A DNA stretch of 64,000 bases from an uncultured Dehalococcoidia bacterium. Its GTDB lineage: Bacteria; Chloroflexota; Dehalococcoidia; DSTF01; JALHUB01. The stretch covers positions 9,403 to 73,402 of the forward strand of contig CAZMGB010000006.1 of the NCBI GenBank assembly GCA_964565775.1. The letters run 5' to 3'. The notes below the pieces were generated by a model that was given only the letters and a program-made list of their open reading frames with translations, did not search any database and had not been told where the DNA came from. Within the stretch, counting starts at the first letter, position 1. Every line of letters begins with the position of its first letter. Positions 1-9,183 of this stretch are shown piece by piece. Both the position numbers and the translations under genes were made by a program.

Positions 1-1290
1 GCCGCGGCCGGACGCCCCTGCCGCAATCTGGACCTCTTCATGATGAGCGGCGAGACCGTCCTCGGCTCCTTCCACCGCTCGTGCGCGGGGACGGATCTGG
101 CCGTCATCGAGGGGGCCATGGGTCTCTACGACGGCGTGGACCTGGCGGGAAGCGGCAGCAGTTCGCAACTGGCGCGGCTGCTCGGCACCCCCGTCATTCT
201 GGTCGTGAACGTCACCCGCATGACCCGAAGCGTCGCCGCCCTCGTCAGTGGCTACCAGCGATTCGAGCCGGACATCAACATCGCGGGCGTGATCCTCAAC
301 AACGTCGCCACCGGTCGACACGAGTCGATGCTGGTGCACGCCATCAAGCAGTACTGTCAGATCCCCGTGCTCGGTTGCCTGCCGAAGGTCGGGCGCGTGA
401 CGATAACGGAACGTCACCTTGGGCTGGTGCCAGAAGGCGAGGCGGCGCCGCTGGCGGAGAAGGTGGCCGAAGCCCGCGAACTCGTCGAGTCCTGCGTGGA
501 CATCGACGCCGTGGTGCGTGTGGCGCAGGGCGCAGCCGCACTTACACCGCCTGCCGAGTGCGCGACTCCACGGCCGCCCGCGACGGTGCGGCTGGGCGTC
601 ATCCGGGACCGCGCCTTCAGCTTCTACTATCCGGAGAACCTGGAGGCTCTGGAGCAGGCAGGCGCGGAAGTGGTGTACGTGAACGCCCTGGAGGACGCCC
701 ATTTCCCAGCCGTCTCCGGGCTCTACATCGGCGGCGGCTTTCCGGAGCTCTTCGCGGAGCGGCTGCAAGCGAACGACCAGCTTCGCCGCGAGATCGCGGC
801 CGCTGTCGATGAGGGGCTGCCGGTCTATGCGGAGTGTGCGGGACTCCTCTACCTGGCAAGGTCGCTGCGATGGGAGGACCGCTCGTATGAGATGATAGGC
901 GCGCTCCCCATCGACGTGAGCTTCAGCACTCGTCCCCAGGGACACGGGTACGTCGCAGGCCAAGTCCTCAGCAGGAACCCGTTCTTCGAGGCGGGTCAAC
1001 GCCTGCTGGGCCACGAGTTCCACTATGCCAAGGTCGAGAACGCCGACAACTTGCCAACGGCCTATGGTCTGGAGCGCGGGCAGGGGATAGGCCGAAAGCG
1101 GGACGGCATTCTTTTCAAGAACGTGCTGGCGGGTTTCACCCACCTGCACGCACTAAGCGATCCTACGTGGGGAGAGAGACTGGTGAATCCGACTCGGTCT
1201 ACGGAGACCGAGCGACAGGCGGTGGTCCCCGCGGCCCATCGACCGCGGCCAGATAGCACATCCCGACGTGCGGGAAGGAGGAGCAATTGA
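1..1290 (+). CDS. dsrN: cobyrinic acid a,c-diamide synthase family amidotransferase, DsrN-like (5' partial, frame open to base 1)
   Basis: CobB/CbiA-type sequence with a glutamine amidotransferase C-terminal half ([16 protein letters not shown]). The stop overlaps the TTG start of dsrA. The DsrN call rests on position next to dsrAB. Confidence 0.7.
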   Translation, partial: AAAGRPCRNLDLFMMSGETVLGSFHRSCAGTDLAVIEGAMGLYDGVDLAGSGSSSQLARLLGTPVILVVNVTRMTRSVAALVSGYQRFEPDINIAGVILNNVATGRHESMLVHAIKQYCQIPVLGCLPKVGRVTITERHLGLVPEGEAAPLAEKVAEARELVESCVDIDAVVRVAQGAAALTPPAECATPRPPATVRLGVIRDRAFSFYYPENLEALEQAGAEVVYVNALEDAHFPAVSGLYIGGGFPELFAERLQANDQLRREIAAAVDEGLPVYAECAGLLYLARSLRWEDRSYEMIGALPIDVSFSTRPQGHGYVAGQVLSRNPFFEAGQRLLGHEFHYAKVENADNLPTAYGLERGQGIGRKRDGILFKNVLAGFTHLHALSDPTWGERLVNPTRSTETERQAVVPAAHRPRPDSTSRRAGRRSN

Positions 1291-2513
1291 GCCAAGACGA
1301 CTACAATACGCCACTGCTTGACGAGCTGGAAAAGGGCCCGTGGCCCAGCTTCGTCACGCAGATGAAGCGGGCCGCAGCCAAGAAGCCTGCGGCCAGGGAC
1401 GCCCTCAGGCAGCTAGAGAAGTCATACAAGGACAAGATCGTCCACTGGAAGCACGGCGGCATCGTCGGCGTCCGTGGTTACGGGGGAGGGGTCATCGGCC
1501 GCTACTCCGACAGCCCGGAGGAGTTCCCAGAGGTCAGGGACTTCCACACGCTGCGTGTCAACATGCCCACGGGCTGGTTCTATACCACCAAAGCCCTGCG
1601 CACGGTCTGCGACATCTGGGAGGAGCACGGCACCAGCAACCTGACCAACTTCCACGGCTCCACCGGCGACATCATCCTGCTGGGGACGACGACGCCGAAC
1701 CTCCAGCCCACGTTCAACGCCCTGAGCGAGGCCGGCTTTGACCTGGGTGGCTCGGGCTCCGCCCTGCGCACACCCAGTGCCTGCGTGGGGCCAGCCCGCT
1801 GCGAGTGGGCCTGCATAGACAGCCTGGGCATATGCTACGAGCTGACGAAGACTTTCCAGAACGAGCTCCACCGGCCCATGTGGCCCTACAAGTCCAAGAT
1901 CAAGGTCTCGGCCTGTCCGAACGACTGTGTTGCCGCCGTTGCCCGGGCCGACTTCCCGATCATCGGCACCTGGCGTGACTCCATCCAGGTCGACCAGGAC
2001 GAGGTGAGGAGCTACGTCAAGGGGGGCTTCGACATTCAGAAGGTGGTCGTCAACAAGTGCCCCACCGACGCCCTCACCTGGAACCAGGAAAAGCAAGAGC
2101 TGGAGCTTGAGGCAGATGAGTGCGTGCGTTGCATGCACTGCATAAACGAGATGCCCAAGGCCCTGCGGCCGGGTCGCGAGACGGGCGCCACGATCATGAT
2201 CGGCGGCAAGGCGCCCATCCTCAAGTCAGCCTACCTCTCCTGGGTGCTGGTACCCTTCATGAAGATGGAGCCACCCTACACTGAGTTCAAAGACCTCGTG
2301 ACCAGGATATGGGACTGGTGGGACGAGAACGGCAGGATGCGCGAGCGCGTCGGCGAGCTAGTCGACCGAGTGGGCATGGGGAACTTCTTGCGGGCAGTAG
2401 GTCTGCCCCCGGTGCCCCAGATGGTCATGCGCCCGCGCTCAAACCCGTACTACTTCTGGTATCCAGACGAACTTGGAATCGAGCCCTCCGGCAATGGGGA
2501 CAAGGGGGAGTGA
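1287..2513 (+). CDS. dsrA: dissimilatory sulfite reductase alpha subunit
   Basis: 408 aa with a typical DsrA N-terminus ([25 protein letters not shown]). Has siroheme/FeS Cys motifs ([16 protein letters not shown]) and a ferredoxin insert (CPTDA...CVRCMHC). Confidence 0.9.
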   Translation: MSQDDYNTPLLDELEKGPWPSFVTQMKRAAAKKPAARDALRQLEKSYKDKIVHWKHGGIVGVRGYGGGVIGRYSDSPEEFPEVRDFHTLRVNMPTGWFYTTKALRTVCDIWEEHGTSNLTNFHGSTGDIILLGTTTPNLQPTFNALSEAGFDLGGSGSALRTPSACVGPARCEWACIDSLGICYELTKTFQNELHRPMWPYKSKIKVSACPNDCVAAVARADFPIIGTWRDSIQVDQDEVRSYVKGGFDIQKVVVNKCPTDALTWNQEKQELELEADECVRCMHCINEMPKALRPGRETGATIMIGGKAPILKSAYLSWVLVPFMKMEPPYTEFKDLVTRIWDWWDENGRMRERVGELVDRVGMGNFLRAVGLPPVPQMVMRPRSNPYYFWYPDELGIEPSGNGDKGE

Positions 2514-2517
2514 CGTC

Positions 2518-3588
2518 ATGACACAGGAGTACGCAAAGACCGACATCGGGCCTCCCGACTACAAGGAGATGCTGCCCCCCATCATCAAGGAGAACTACGG
2601 CAAGTGGGCCTACCACGAGCAGTTGCGCCCCGGCATCCTCCAGCACGTCTCGGAGACAGGTGCTGAACTGTTCAGCGTGCGGGTGGCGTCGCCGCGGCTG
2701 GTAAGCATCGACTTCATCCGCGACATCTGCGACATCGCCGACAAGTACTGCGGGGGGCATCTGCGCTTCACGAGCCGCAACAACGTGGAATTCCTGGTGA
2801 GCGACAAAGCGCAGTTGGAGCCGCTCCAGAAAGAGCTGGAGAAGGAAGGTTACCTCATCGGCGGGACGGGCTCGGGCCTGAGCAACATCGTCCACACCCA
2901 GGGCTGGGTACACTGCCACAGCTCGGCAACCGACGCCTCAGGGTTGGTCAAGTGCATCATGGATGAACTGGCGCCGTACTTCTCGGAGAAGAGGCTGCCG
3001 GGCAAGACGCGCATCTCTCTGGCGTGCTGCCTGAACATGTGCGGCGCCGTCCACTGCTCGGACATCGCCCTCGTCGGCGTGCACCGCCTTCCGCCGAAGA
3101 TCCAGCACGACCGTGTGTCCAAGATCTGTGAGGTGCCGACCTTAATCGCCTCTTGCCCCACGCTGGCGATCAGGCCGAACCCCAAGGAGAAGAGCGTCAC
3201 CATCAACGAAGAGCGGTGCATGTACTGTGGCAACTGCTTCACGGTCTGCCCGGCGCTGCCCATAGCCGACGCCGAGTTCGACGGGGTGGCGGTCTTCGTC
3301 GGCGGGAAGGTATCCAATGCGCGTATGCCGCCCATGTTCTCGCGCCTGGCGATTCCCTATATACCGAACAACCCGCCGCGCTGGCCTGAGGTTGTCGCGG
3401 CGATCAAGAACATCGTTGAAGTGTACGCCTCACACGCACGCGAGGGCGAGCGTGTGAGCGAGTGGATCGAGCGCGTGGGCTGGGAGAGGTTCTTCCGCCT
3501 GACAGGGATCGAGTTCACGAACAAGCACATCGACGACTTCACCTATGCGTTCACGACCTTCCGGACGAGCACCAATTTCAAGTGGTAG
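2518..3588 (+). CDS. dsrB: dissimilatory sulfite reductase beta subunit
   Basis: Start re-called to ATG 2518, 5 nt after the dsrA stop, with an AAGGGGGAG RBS. Motifs [21 protein letters not shown] and ferredoxin insert CPTLA...[12 protein letters not shown]. Confidence 0.9.
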   Translation: MTQEYAKTDIGPPDYKEMLPPIIKENYGKWAYHEQLRPGILQHVSETGAELFSVRVASPRLVSIDFIRDICDIADKYCGGHLRFTSRNNVEFLVSDKAQLEPLQKELEKEGYLIGGTGSGLSNIVHTQGWVHCHSSATDASGLVKCIMDELAPYFSEKRLPGKTRISLACCLNMCGAVHCSDIALVGVHRLPPKIQHDRVSKICEVPTLIASCPTLAIRPNPKEKSVTINEERCMYCGNCFTVCPALPIADAEFDGVAVFVGGKVSNARMPPMFSRLAIPYIPNNPPRWPEVVAAIKNIVEVYASHAREGERVSEWIERVGWERFFRLTGIEFTNKHIDDFTYAFTTFRTSTNFKW

Positions 3589-3603
3589 GGGAGGTGAGCC
3601 GCC

Positions 3604-3825
3604 GTGGCTGAAGCAGCCAGCGAAGAGCTCAAGCAGAAGGTCCTGGAGTATCTGGGGACAGTCGACAAGGCCAAGAATCGGGACGTGGCCAACGCCATCG
3701 GAGTGCCCAAGCACGACGTGGACAGGGCCATCAACGAACTGGCCAACACTGGCGAGGTGGAGTTCCTCTACCTGGGGACGTCCTACGTGACGCTGAAGGG
3801 TAAGGGGCAAGCTCCGCCTGCCTGA
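3604..3825 (+). CDS. dsrD: DsrD-like small winged-helix protein
   Basis: 73 aa directly after dsrB. KQKVLEYL...VDRAINELANTGEVEF...LKGKG resembles Desulfovibrio DsrD. Confidence 0.7.
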   Translation: MAEAASEELKQKVLEYLGTVDKAKNRDVANAIGVPKHDVDRAINELANTGEVEFLYLGTSYVTLKGKGQAPPA

Positions 3826-3848
3826 CAACGCGGGAGGTGCAGCAAGAA

Positions 3849-4166
3849 ATGCCGATGCGAGATTTCGGTGGAGTCGAACTGGAAGTTGACGAGGACGGGT
3901 TCATTCAGGACCCGCAGGCCTGGAGCGAGTCCGTGGCCGCCGTGCTGGCCACCGACGAGGACGTCGAAAGCCTGTCGGAGCGGCACTGGAAGGTCGTCAA
4001 CTATATCCGAGAATACTACCTCAAGTTCGGCATCGCCCCGATGATCCGGAAGCTCTGCCGGGACACGGAGACTGACCTGGGCACCATCTACCAACTGTTT
4101 CCATCGGGCCCAGCGAAGGGGGCGTGCAAGATCGCCGGACTGCCGAAGCCGACCGGCTGCGTGTAG
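3849..4166 (+). CDS. dsrC: DsrC sulfur-carrier protein
   Basis: C-terminal GACKIAGLPKPTGCV carries both conserved redox Cys. ATG 3849 lies about 10 nt after GGGAGG; the track start at 3837 sits inside the RBS. Confidence 0.9.
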   Translation: MPMRDFGGVELEVDEDGFIQDPQAWSESVAAVLATDEDVESLSERHWKVVNYIREYYLKFGIAPMIRKLCRDTETDLGTIYQLFPSGPAKGACKIAGLPKPTGCV

Positions 4167-4268
4167 GCGCGCCACACCCCGGGTAGACTGGCTTCGACCC
4201 GACTGGCGGCGCGCCAGCCGGGTAGTTGAGGGCGCGAACGGTGAGCGCGCCCCGATTGAGGAGAGTGC

Positions 4269-4991
4269 TTGGTGATCGTAGCCATAGTGGCATACCTGGT
4301 GGCCGCCGTCTTCGTAGTGGGCATCGCGTCGCGAGTCTACGTGTGGGCGGTGACGCCGGTGCCGCTGAAGATACCCACCACGCCGGCCCCCAAGACGTAT
4401 TCGGGCGTCACCGTCCGCATGCTGGGTGAGGTGCTGGTCTTCACGAGCTTGTTCCGCGCCGACAAGCTGCTGTGGGTGGGTGCCTGGGCCTTTCACGGAT
4501 GCCTGGTGCTCATCATCATCCGGCACCTCCGCTACTTCTTCTACCCGGTTCCTGACTGGATCATGTTCATGCAGACGCCCGGCATCTGGGCGGGCTACCT
4601 GTTCCCTCTGCCCATTCTCTACCTACTGGCGCGGCGCCTTTTGCTGCGGCGTGTCATCTACGTCAGCATCCTGACAGACTACTTCGTGCTTGCGCTGCTG
4701 GGATGCATCGCCGGGACGGGAATTCTCATGCGCTACGTCGCTCGAGCGTACCTGGTCGACGTGAAGGCGTTCATTCTCGGCCTACTGACCCTCCACCCGG
4801 TCGGCCCGCCGACGAACCCGTTCTTCCTGGCGCACATCCTGCTCGTGAGCTTCCTGCTCGCTTATTTCCCGTTCAGCAAGCTGATGCACGCGCCGGGCTT
4901 GCTCTTCAGCCCCACGCGGGCCTCACGGAATAACCCGCGGACGAGACCGCAGAGGAACCCCTGGGACTCGAAAGTACCATGGATAAGCTAA
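4269..4991 (+). CDS. dsrM: DsrM, NarI/HdrE-like heme-b membrane subunit
   Basis: 240-aa polytopic membrane protein between dsrC and dsrK, with a NarI-like His-containing helix pattern. Confidence 0.8.
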   Translation: MVIVAIVAYLVAAVFVVGIASRVYVWAVTPVPLKIPTTPAPKTYSGVTVRMLGEVLVFTSLFRADKLLWVGAWAFHGCLVLIIIRHLRYFFYPVPDWIMFMQTPGIWAGYLFPLPILYLLARRLLLRRVIYVSILTDYFVLALLGCIAGTGILMRYVARAYLVDVKAFILGLLTLHPVGPPTNPFFLAHILLVSFLLAYFPFSKLMHAPGLLFSPTRASRNNPRTRPQRNPWDSKVPWIS

Positions 4992-6541
4992 ACACCAAAC
5001 CACCGCAAGTCGCAGAACCACCACAAGTCGCAGAACCTGAGAAGGAGCCGCTTCCGCCGGACAGGCTTACGCTCCACACCGTCCAGGGCAGGCGTTCCCG
5101 CGCGACCACTCATCCCCGGCTCGCGCGCCGCCGCAAGATGCCCCACATGAAGCTGTACCAGGCCCCCTTCCAGGACGGCGCGTCGGCCGACAACGTCTGC
5201 TATGCGGCCAGGCCGAGAGACATGGTCAACATCGACCATCCGCCCGAACTGGTCGATAACTGGCAGGAGAAGGCGATCGCCAAGTTCAAGCAGCTCCTCA
5301 CTCGCTACCGCGGGCTCCGCGTCTTCATGGAGACCTGCGTACGCTGTGGCGCCTGCTGGGACGCGTGCCAGTTCTTCCGCGGAACCGGCGACCCGAAGAA
5401 CATGCCGATGGCGCGCGCCGAGTTGCTCCGCCGCGTCTACAGGCGCTACTTCACGGTCGCAGGCCGCCTGCTGGGCGAGGCCGTGGATGCGAGCGACCTC
5501 AACGAGGAGCTCTTGCGTGACTGGTACACGTACTTCTACCAGTGCTCGGAGTGCCGCCGCTGCTCGGTCTACTGCCCGTACGGTATCGACACGGCCGAGA
5601 TCACGATGGCGGCCCGAGAGATCATGGCGACCATCGGCGTGGGGACGAAGTACGTCACCGAGGTCGTCGCCAAGGTGTACGAGACGGGCAACAACCTCGG
5701 TATCCCGGGCCCTGCCTGGACTGACAGCTCCGAGTTCCTGGAGCGTGAGCTGTTGGAGGAGACCGGCAAGAAGATCCCCATGCCCGTGAACGAGAAGAAT
5801 GCCGATGTCCTGCTGATCGCGCCCTCGGCGGACAACTTCGCGAACGCAGACACGATGATGGCCTACGGCGTGCTGTTCTACGCCGCCGGCGTGAGCTGGA
5901 CCACCAGCACGTACTGCGACGAGGGCGGAAACTTCGGCCTCTTCCTAGACTTCTACAATCTGCGCAAGGTGAACAAGCGCATCCTCGATGCCGCACGCGA
6001 GCTGAACGTCAAGCGGATCATCTGGGGTGAGTGCGGGCACGCCTGGCGGGCGGGCTTGTATACCGATACACTCAACGGCCCGCTGGACTGGATCAACCCC
6101 TCCTACCCGGTGCATATAGCCGAGTGGACGATGGAGATGATCAAGAAGGGCGCCTTCCACATCGACAAGAGCGTCAACGACGAATTGATCGTGACCTACC
6201 ACGACCCCTGCAACCCGGCCCGGGCTCACGCCCTGCTGGAGGAGCCGCGGTTCGTCGCTCGAGCGGCCGTCAACAACTTCATCGAGATGCCCCCCAACAC
6301 TATCCGGGAGAACACCTTCTGCTGCAGTGCCGGCGGCGGGCTGCTGACGGACGAGATCATGCCGCTCCGCATGGCCGGGGGCAGGTTGCGGGCCGAGGCA
6401 TGCCGCACGACCGGCGCCAACGTACTGGCGACACCTTGCTCCATCTGCAAGGCGCAGCTTCCGCTCGTCATGGAGTACTGGAAGGTGCCGGCACGCGTCA
6501 CCGGCGTCATCGATCTGCTGAGCAGGGCCATTGTGCTATGA
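4979..6541 (+). CDS. dsrK: DsrK, HdrD-like FeS/CCG-domain catalytic subunit
   Basis: CVRCGACWDAC and CSECRRCSVYCP FeS motifs plus a CCG domain (FCCSAGGG). ATG 4979 overlaps the dsrM stop. Alternative starts are ATG 5138 or 5147 (MPHMKLYQAPF), where similarity to DsrK begins. Confidence 0.85.
   Translation: MDKLNTKPPQVAEPPQVAEPEKEPLPPDRLTLHTVQGRRSRATTHPRLARRRKMPHMKLYQAPFQDGASADNVCYAARPRDMVNIDHPPELVDNWQEKAIAKFKQLLTRYRGLRVFMETCVRCGACWDACQFFRGTGDPKNMPMARAELLRRVYRRYFTVAGRLLGEAVDASDLNEELLRDWYTYFYQCSECRRCSVYCPYGIDTAEITMAAREIMATIGVGTKYVTEVVAKVYETGNNLGIPGPAWTDSSEFLERELLEETGKKIPMPVNEKNADVLLIAPSADNFANADTMMAYGVLFYAAGVSWTTSTYCDEGGNFGLFLDFYNLRKVNKRILDAARELNVKRIIWGECGHAWRAGLYTDTLNGPLDWINPSYPVHIAEWTMEMIKKGAFHIDKSVNDELIVTYHDPCNPARAHALLEEPRFVARAAVNNFIEMPPNTIRENTFCCSAGGGLLTDEIMPLRMAGGRLRAEACRTTGANVLATPCSICKAQLPLVMEYWKVPARVTGVIDLLSRAIVL
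5000..5035 (+). repeat. 18-bp in-frame tandem duplication (2 units, PPQVAE PPQVAE)
   Basis: ccaccgcaagtcgcagaa / ccaccacaagtcgcagaa read directly. It lies in the questionable N-terminal extension of dsrK. Confidence 0.8.
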
Positions 6542-6861
6542 GCCGTACGGTGATCAGGGTGTTGGAGTGGTCGGTCGTCCTGGGCATGCTTGCCCTGGTT
6601 CTCCTCGCGTCGGGATGCGACCTGGGCGTAGAGAAGCCGGTCAAGGACGGGACCGGACCGCTGGCGATCACAATCGATCGGACGCGGGAGGCGCCCGACT
6701 ATCACAATCCCCTGGACTGGTGGACGGCCAATCACCCGCACGCCATCGCTGATGGCGTCTTCAGCGAGAGGGAATGCATGCTGTGCCACGTGCCGGGGGA
6801 CTCGTGCAACAAGTGCCACGAATACGTGGGGGTCAAGCTGGTGAACGCGACCGGCCGCTGA
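6538..6861 (+). CDS. diheme c-type cytochrome lipoprotein
   Basis: Start re-called inside track ORF 6031..6861; its ATGA overlaps the dsrK stop. Signal peptide with a lipobox (LLASGC) and two CxxCH motifs (CMLCH, CNKCH). Confidence 0.7.
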   Translation: MSRTVIRVLEWSVVLGMLALVLLASGCDLGVEKPVKDGTGPLAITIDRTREAPDYHNPLDWWTANHPHAIADGVFSERECMLCHVPGDSCNKCHEYVGVKLVNATGR

Positions 6862-6900
6862 CCGACCCAAGGGCGATTCGCCAGAGTATGGTATCAGGCG

Positions 6901-7404
6901 ATGGACGAGGAAGAAGAAGTAAGCGGGGACCCAGAAGAAGAGGTCGATAGCCGCGTCGCCGAAGTGCTGGAGACGACCGTGCGCGGTGGAGGCATCACGT
7001 CACGCCGCCAGTTCATTCAGCTCGGGCTGGGCGTGCTGGGGCTCAGCGTCGCCGGCGAGGCGGTCTGGATCCTGCTCAAAGGGCTCGAGCCCGGGGCGAA
7101 GGCGGCGCCGACACCGGTGGAGGTGCAGGTCGGCGACATACCCGCCGGTGGGACCAAGGACTTCCTGTACGGCGGCGACCCGGCCATTGTCTTGCGCGAG
7201 GACGACAGTCTCATCGTGCTCTCCCTCGTTTGTACGCACCTCGGCTGCATAGTCAAGTGGATCCCGGAGAAGCAGGCGTTCCACTGCCCCTGCCACGCCG
7301 GCACGTTCGACAAGACCGGCCGCGTCACGGGCGGTCCGCCGCCGGCGCCGCTGGAGAAGCTGGCCTTCAAGCAGACAGGCGACAAGATCATCGTGGGTGG
7401 GTAG
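6901..7404 (+). CDS. Rieske 2Fe-2S protein
   Basis: Twin-arginine-like N-terminus (SRRQFIQLG) and Rieske boxes CTHLGC and CPCHAG. Confidence 0.85.
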   Translation: MDEEEEVSGDPEEEVDSRVAEVLETTVRGGGITSRRQFIQLGLGVLGLSVAGEAVWILLKGLEPGAKAAPTPVEVQVGDIPAGGTKDFLYGGDPAIVLREDDSLIVLSLVCTHLGCIVKWIPEKQAFHCPCHAGTFDKTGRVTGGPPPAPLEKLAFKQTGDKIIVGG

Positions 7405-7407
7405 ACC

Positions 7408-8085
7408 ATGAGCGCCATAGATCGAGTAGGCGGACTTACCGACTGGCTTGACGAACGCCTCGGGTTCCGGGCCCTCATCCGGCAGGAGCTCACGGAGAAG
7501 CCGGCCCCGCGCCACCTGAGCTTCATGGATGCCGTCGGCTGCCTGGGAGGGCTGTCGTTTGTCCTCTTCATGATCCAGGTCGTCACGGGCGTCTTCCTGA
7601 TGATGTTCTACGTGCCGCACGTGGACAAGGCCTTCGAGAGCATCGATTCCATAGACTCGTCCGTCTCTTTCGGCTGGTTCCTCCGGCGCATTCACATCGC
7701 AGCCGCGAGCATGATGGTGGTCACCGTAACCCTGCACATGATCAAGGTATGGCTGACCGGCGCCTTCAAGCCGCCGCGTGAGTTGCACTGGCTCTCCGGC
7801 TTCATCTTGCTGCTCCTCACCCTGGCCATGGCCTTCACCGGCTACCTGCTGCCGTGGACACAGCTAGCCTTCTGGGCAGCCACGGTGGTGACCAACGCTG
7901 TCGAGGTTCTCCCCTTCGTCGGCGGGACGCTGGCTGACCTCATGCGCGGCGGCGACAGCATCGCCCAGCCGACGCTGGTGCGGTTCTACGCCTTTCACGT
8001 GGCGGTGGTCCCGGCGGTCATGGTGTTGTTCCTCTTGAGCCACTTCTGGATGATCCGCCGGACAGGCATCGCGGAGCCGCTCTAG
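7408..8085 (+). CDS. cytochrome b, b6-like N-terminal subunit
   Basis: 225 aa, four-helix cytochrome b N-terminal domain pattern (HIAAASMMV..., WLSGF, YLLPW). Confidence 0.85.
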   Translation: MSAIDRVGGLTDWLDERLGFRALIRQELTEKPAPRHLSFMDAVGCLGGLSFVLFMIQVVTGVFLMMFYVPHVDKAFESIDSIDSSVSFGWFLRRIHIAAASMMVVTVTLHMIKVWLTGAFKPPRELHWLSGFILLLLTLAMAFTGYLLPWTQLAFWAATVVTNAVEVLPFVGGTLADLMRGGDSIAQPTLVRFYAFHVAVVPAVMVLFLLSHFWMIRRTGIAEPL

Positions 8086-8097
8086 GAGGCGATAGAC

Positions 8098-8568
8098 GTG
8101 GCAGTCCGTACCGAAGAACCGGCCACGAGGAAAGTGACAGCAGAAGGCCCGCCCACCGGCAAGAAGAAGAAGTACGCGGGTTGGAAGCGGGGCACTGAGC
8201 CCTTCTTCCCTAACGAAGTGCTCTTCATGGCCCAGGTGGTTCTGACCCTCCTGGTTGTGCTCTTCATCTTCGTGTTCTTCTTGACATCGTACCTTCTCCC
8301 GCCCGATGAGGTGGCCAATCCGCTGGTGACGCCGGAACACATCAAGCCGGAGTGGTACTTTCTGGCAGCTTATCAGTGGCTGAGAACCGTGCCTAACGAG
8401 CAGATTGGAATCATAAGCCAGATTGTGGTCCTCGTGGTAGCGATGCTGCTGCCCTTCTGGGACCGCAGCCGGCAGCGGAACACCTTCAAACGGCCGGCCC
8501 TGTTGCTCCTCGGGCTGGTGGCTCTCGGCCTCCTGGGTGGACTCACCGCGTATTCGGCGCTGAAGTAG
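8098..8568 (+). CDS. cytochrome b C-terminal domain / subunit IV-like protein
   Basis: 156 aa with the PEWYFLAAYQ motif typical of the cytochrome b C-terminal part or PetD. Confidence 0.8.
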   Translation: MAVRTEEPATRKVTAEGPPTGKKKKYAGWKRGTEPFFPNEVLFMAQVVLTLLVVLFIFVFFLTSYLLPPDEVANPLVTPEHIKPEWYFLAAYQWLRTVPNEQIGIISQIVVLVVAMLLPFWDRSRQRNTFKRPALLLLGLVALGLLGGLTAYSALK

Positions 8569-8586
8569 GGAGATAAGCAAGCAAGG

Positions 8587-9183
8587 ATGGCGGACGGACG
8601 AAGAACAAGAACGCTGGCAAAGGCCTTGCTTGTGCTCGGTCTCCTGATCACCGGCCTAGCGCTGCTGCTCCCAACCGCCCTGGCAGACACCGACACCAAC
8701 ACCGACACGCCCGAGGGTGCGGTTCTCACGGGGAACTACTGCCTCGAGTGCCACCTCGCTGACGACCCGCGGGTCGAATCGGCCCTCGACTGGGGAGGCG
8801 GCCTCTACCGGCAGGAGTACATCCCCTGCGACGCACTGCGAATTGTGAGGGAGGAGCGTTATTTCGCCGGGAGCTTGATGCTGAAGATCGCCAAGACAAG
8901 CAAGGAGTACGCGGGAGATCGAATGGGCGCCGAGGCCCTGGAGACGCGTCTGGATCCCCAGCGCGACAGCTTCGACAAGTTGATGCAGGCCAACGTGGAC
9001 TCCGTCGCCACCTTCACGGGCTCCGCTAAGGCCCTTCGGTTCCAGACCGCCAAGCTCCTGCCCGATACGTTCGGCCTGCATGATGAGACACGCCACCGGA
9101 GGGTCATCCTGGCCATCGTATTCGGGACCATCTTCCTCGCCTTCCTTGGAGTTCTGGGCTACGAGCGGACGCTGAAGAAGTGA
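8587..9183 (+). CDS. monoheme c-type cytochrome with C-terminal membrane anchor
   Basis: Signal peptide, a single CLECH motif and a C-terminal hydrophobic helix (VILAIVFGTIFLAFLGVLG). Confidence 0.65.
   Translation: MADGRRTRTLAKALLVLGLLITGLALLLPTALADTDTNTDTPEGAVLTGNYCLECHLADDPRVESALDWGGGLYRQEYIPCDALRIVREERYFAGSLMLKIAKTSKEYAGDRMGAEALETRLDPQRDSFDKLMQANVDSVATFTGSAKALRFQTAKLLPDTFGLHDETRHRRVILAIVFGTIFLAFLGVLGYERTLKK

Noticed and set aside
6538-6861. Diheme cytochrome c as DsrJ
   Set aside because: DsrJ is a triheme protein that occurs with DsrO and DsrP, neither of which is present. This protein has two CxxCH motifs and sits with Rieske/cytochrome b genes, so it is more likely part of that module.
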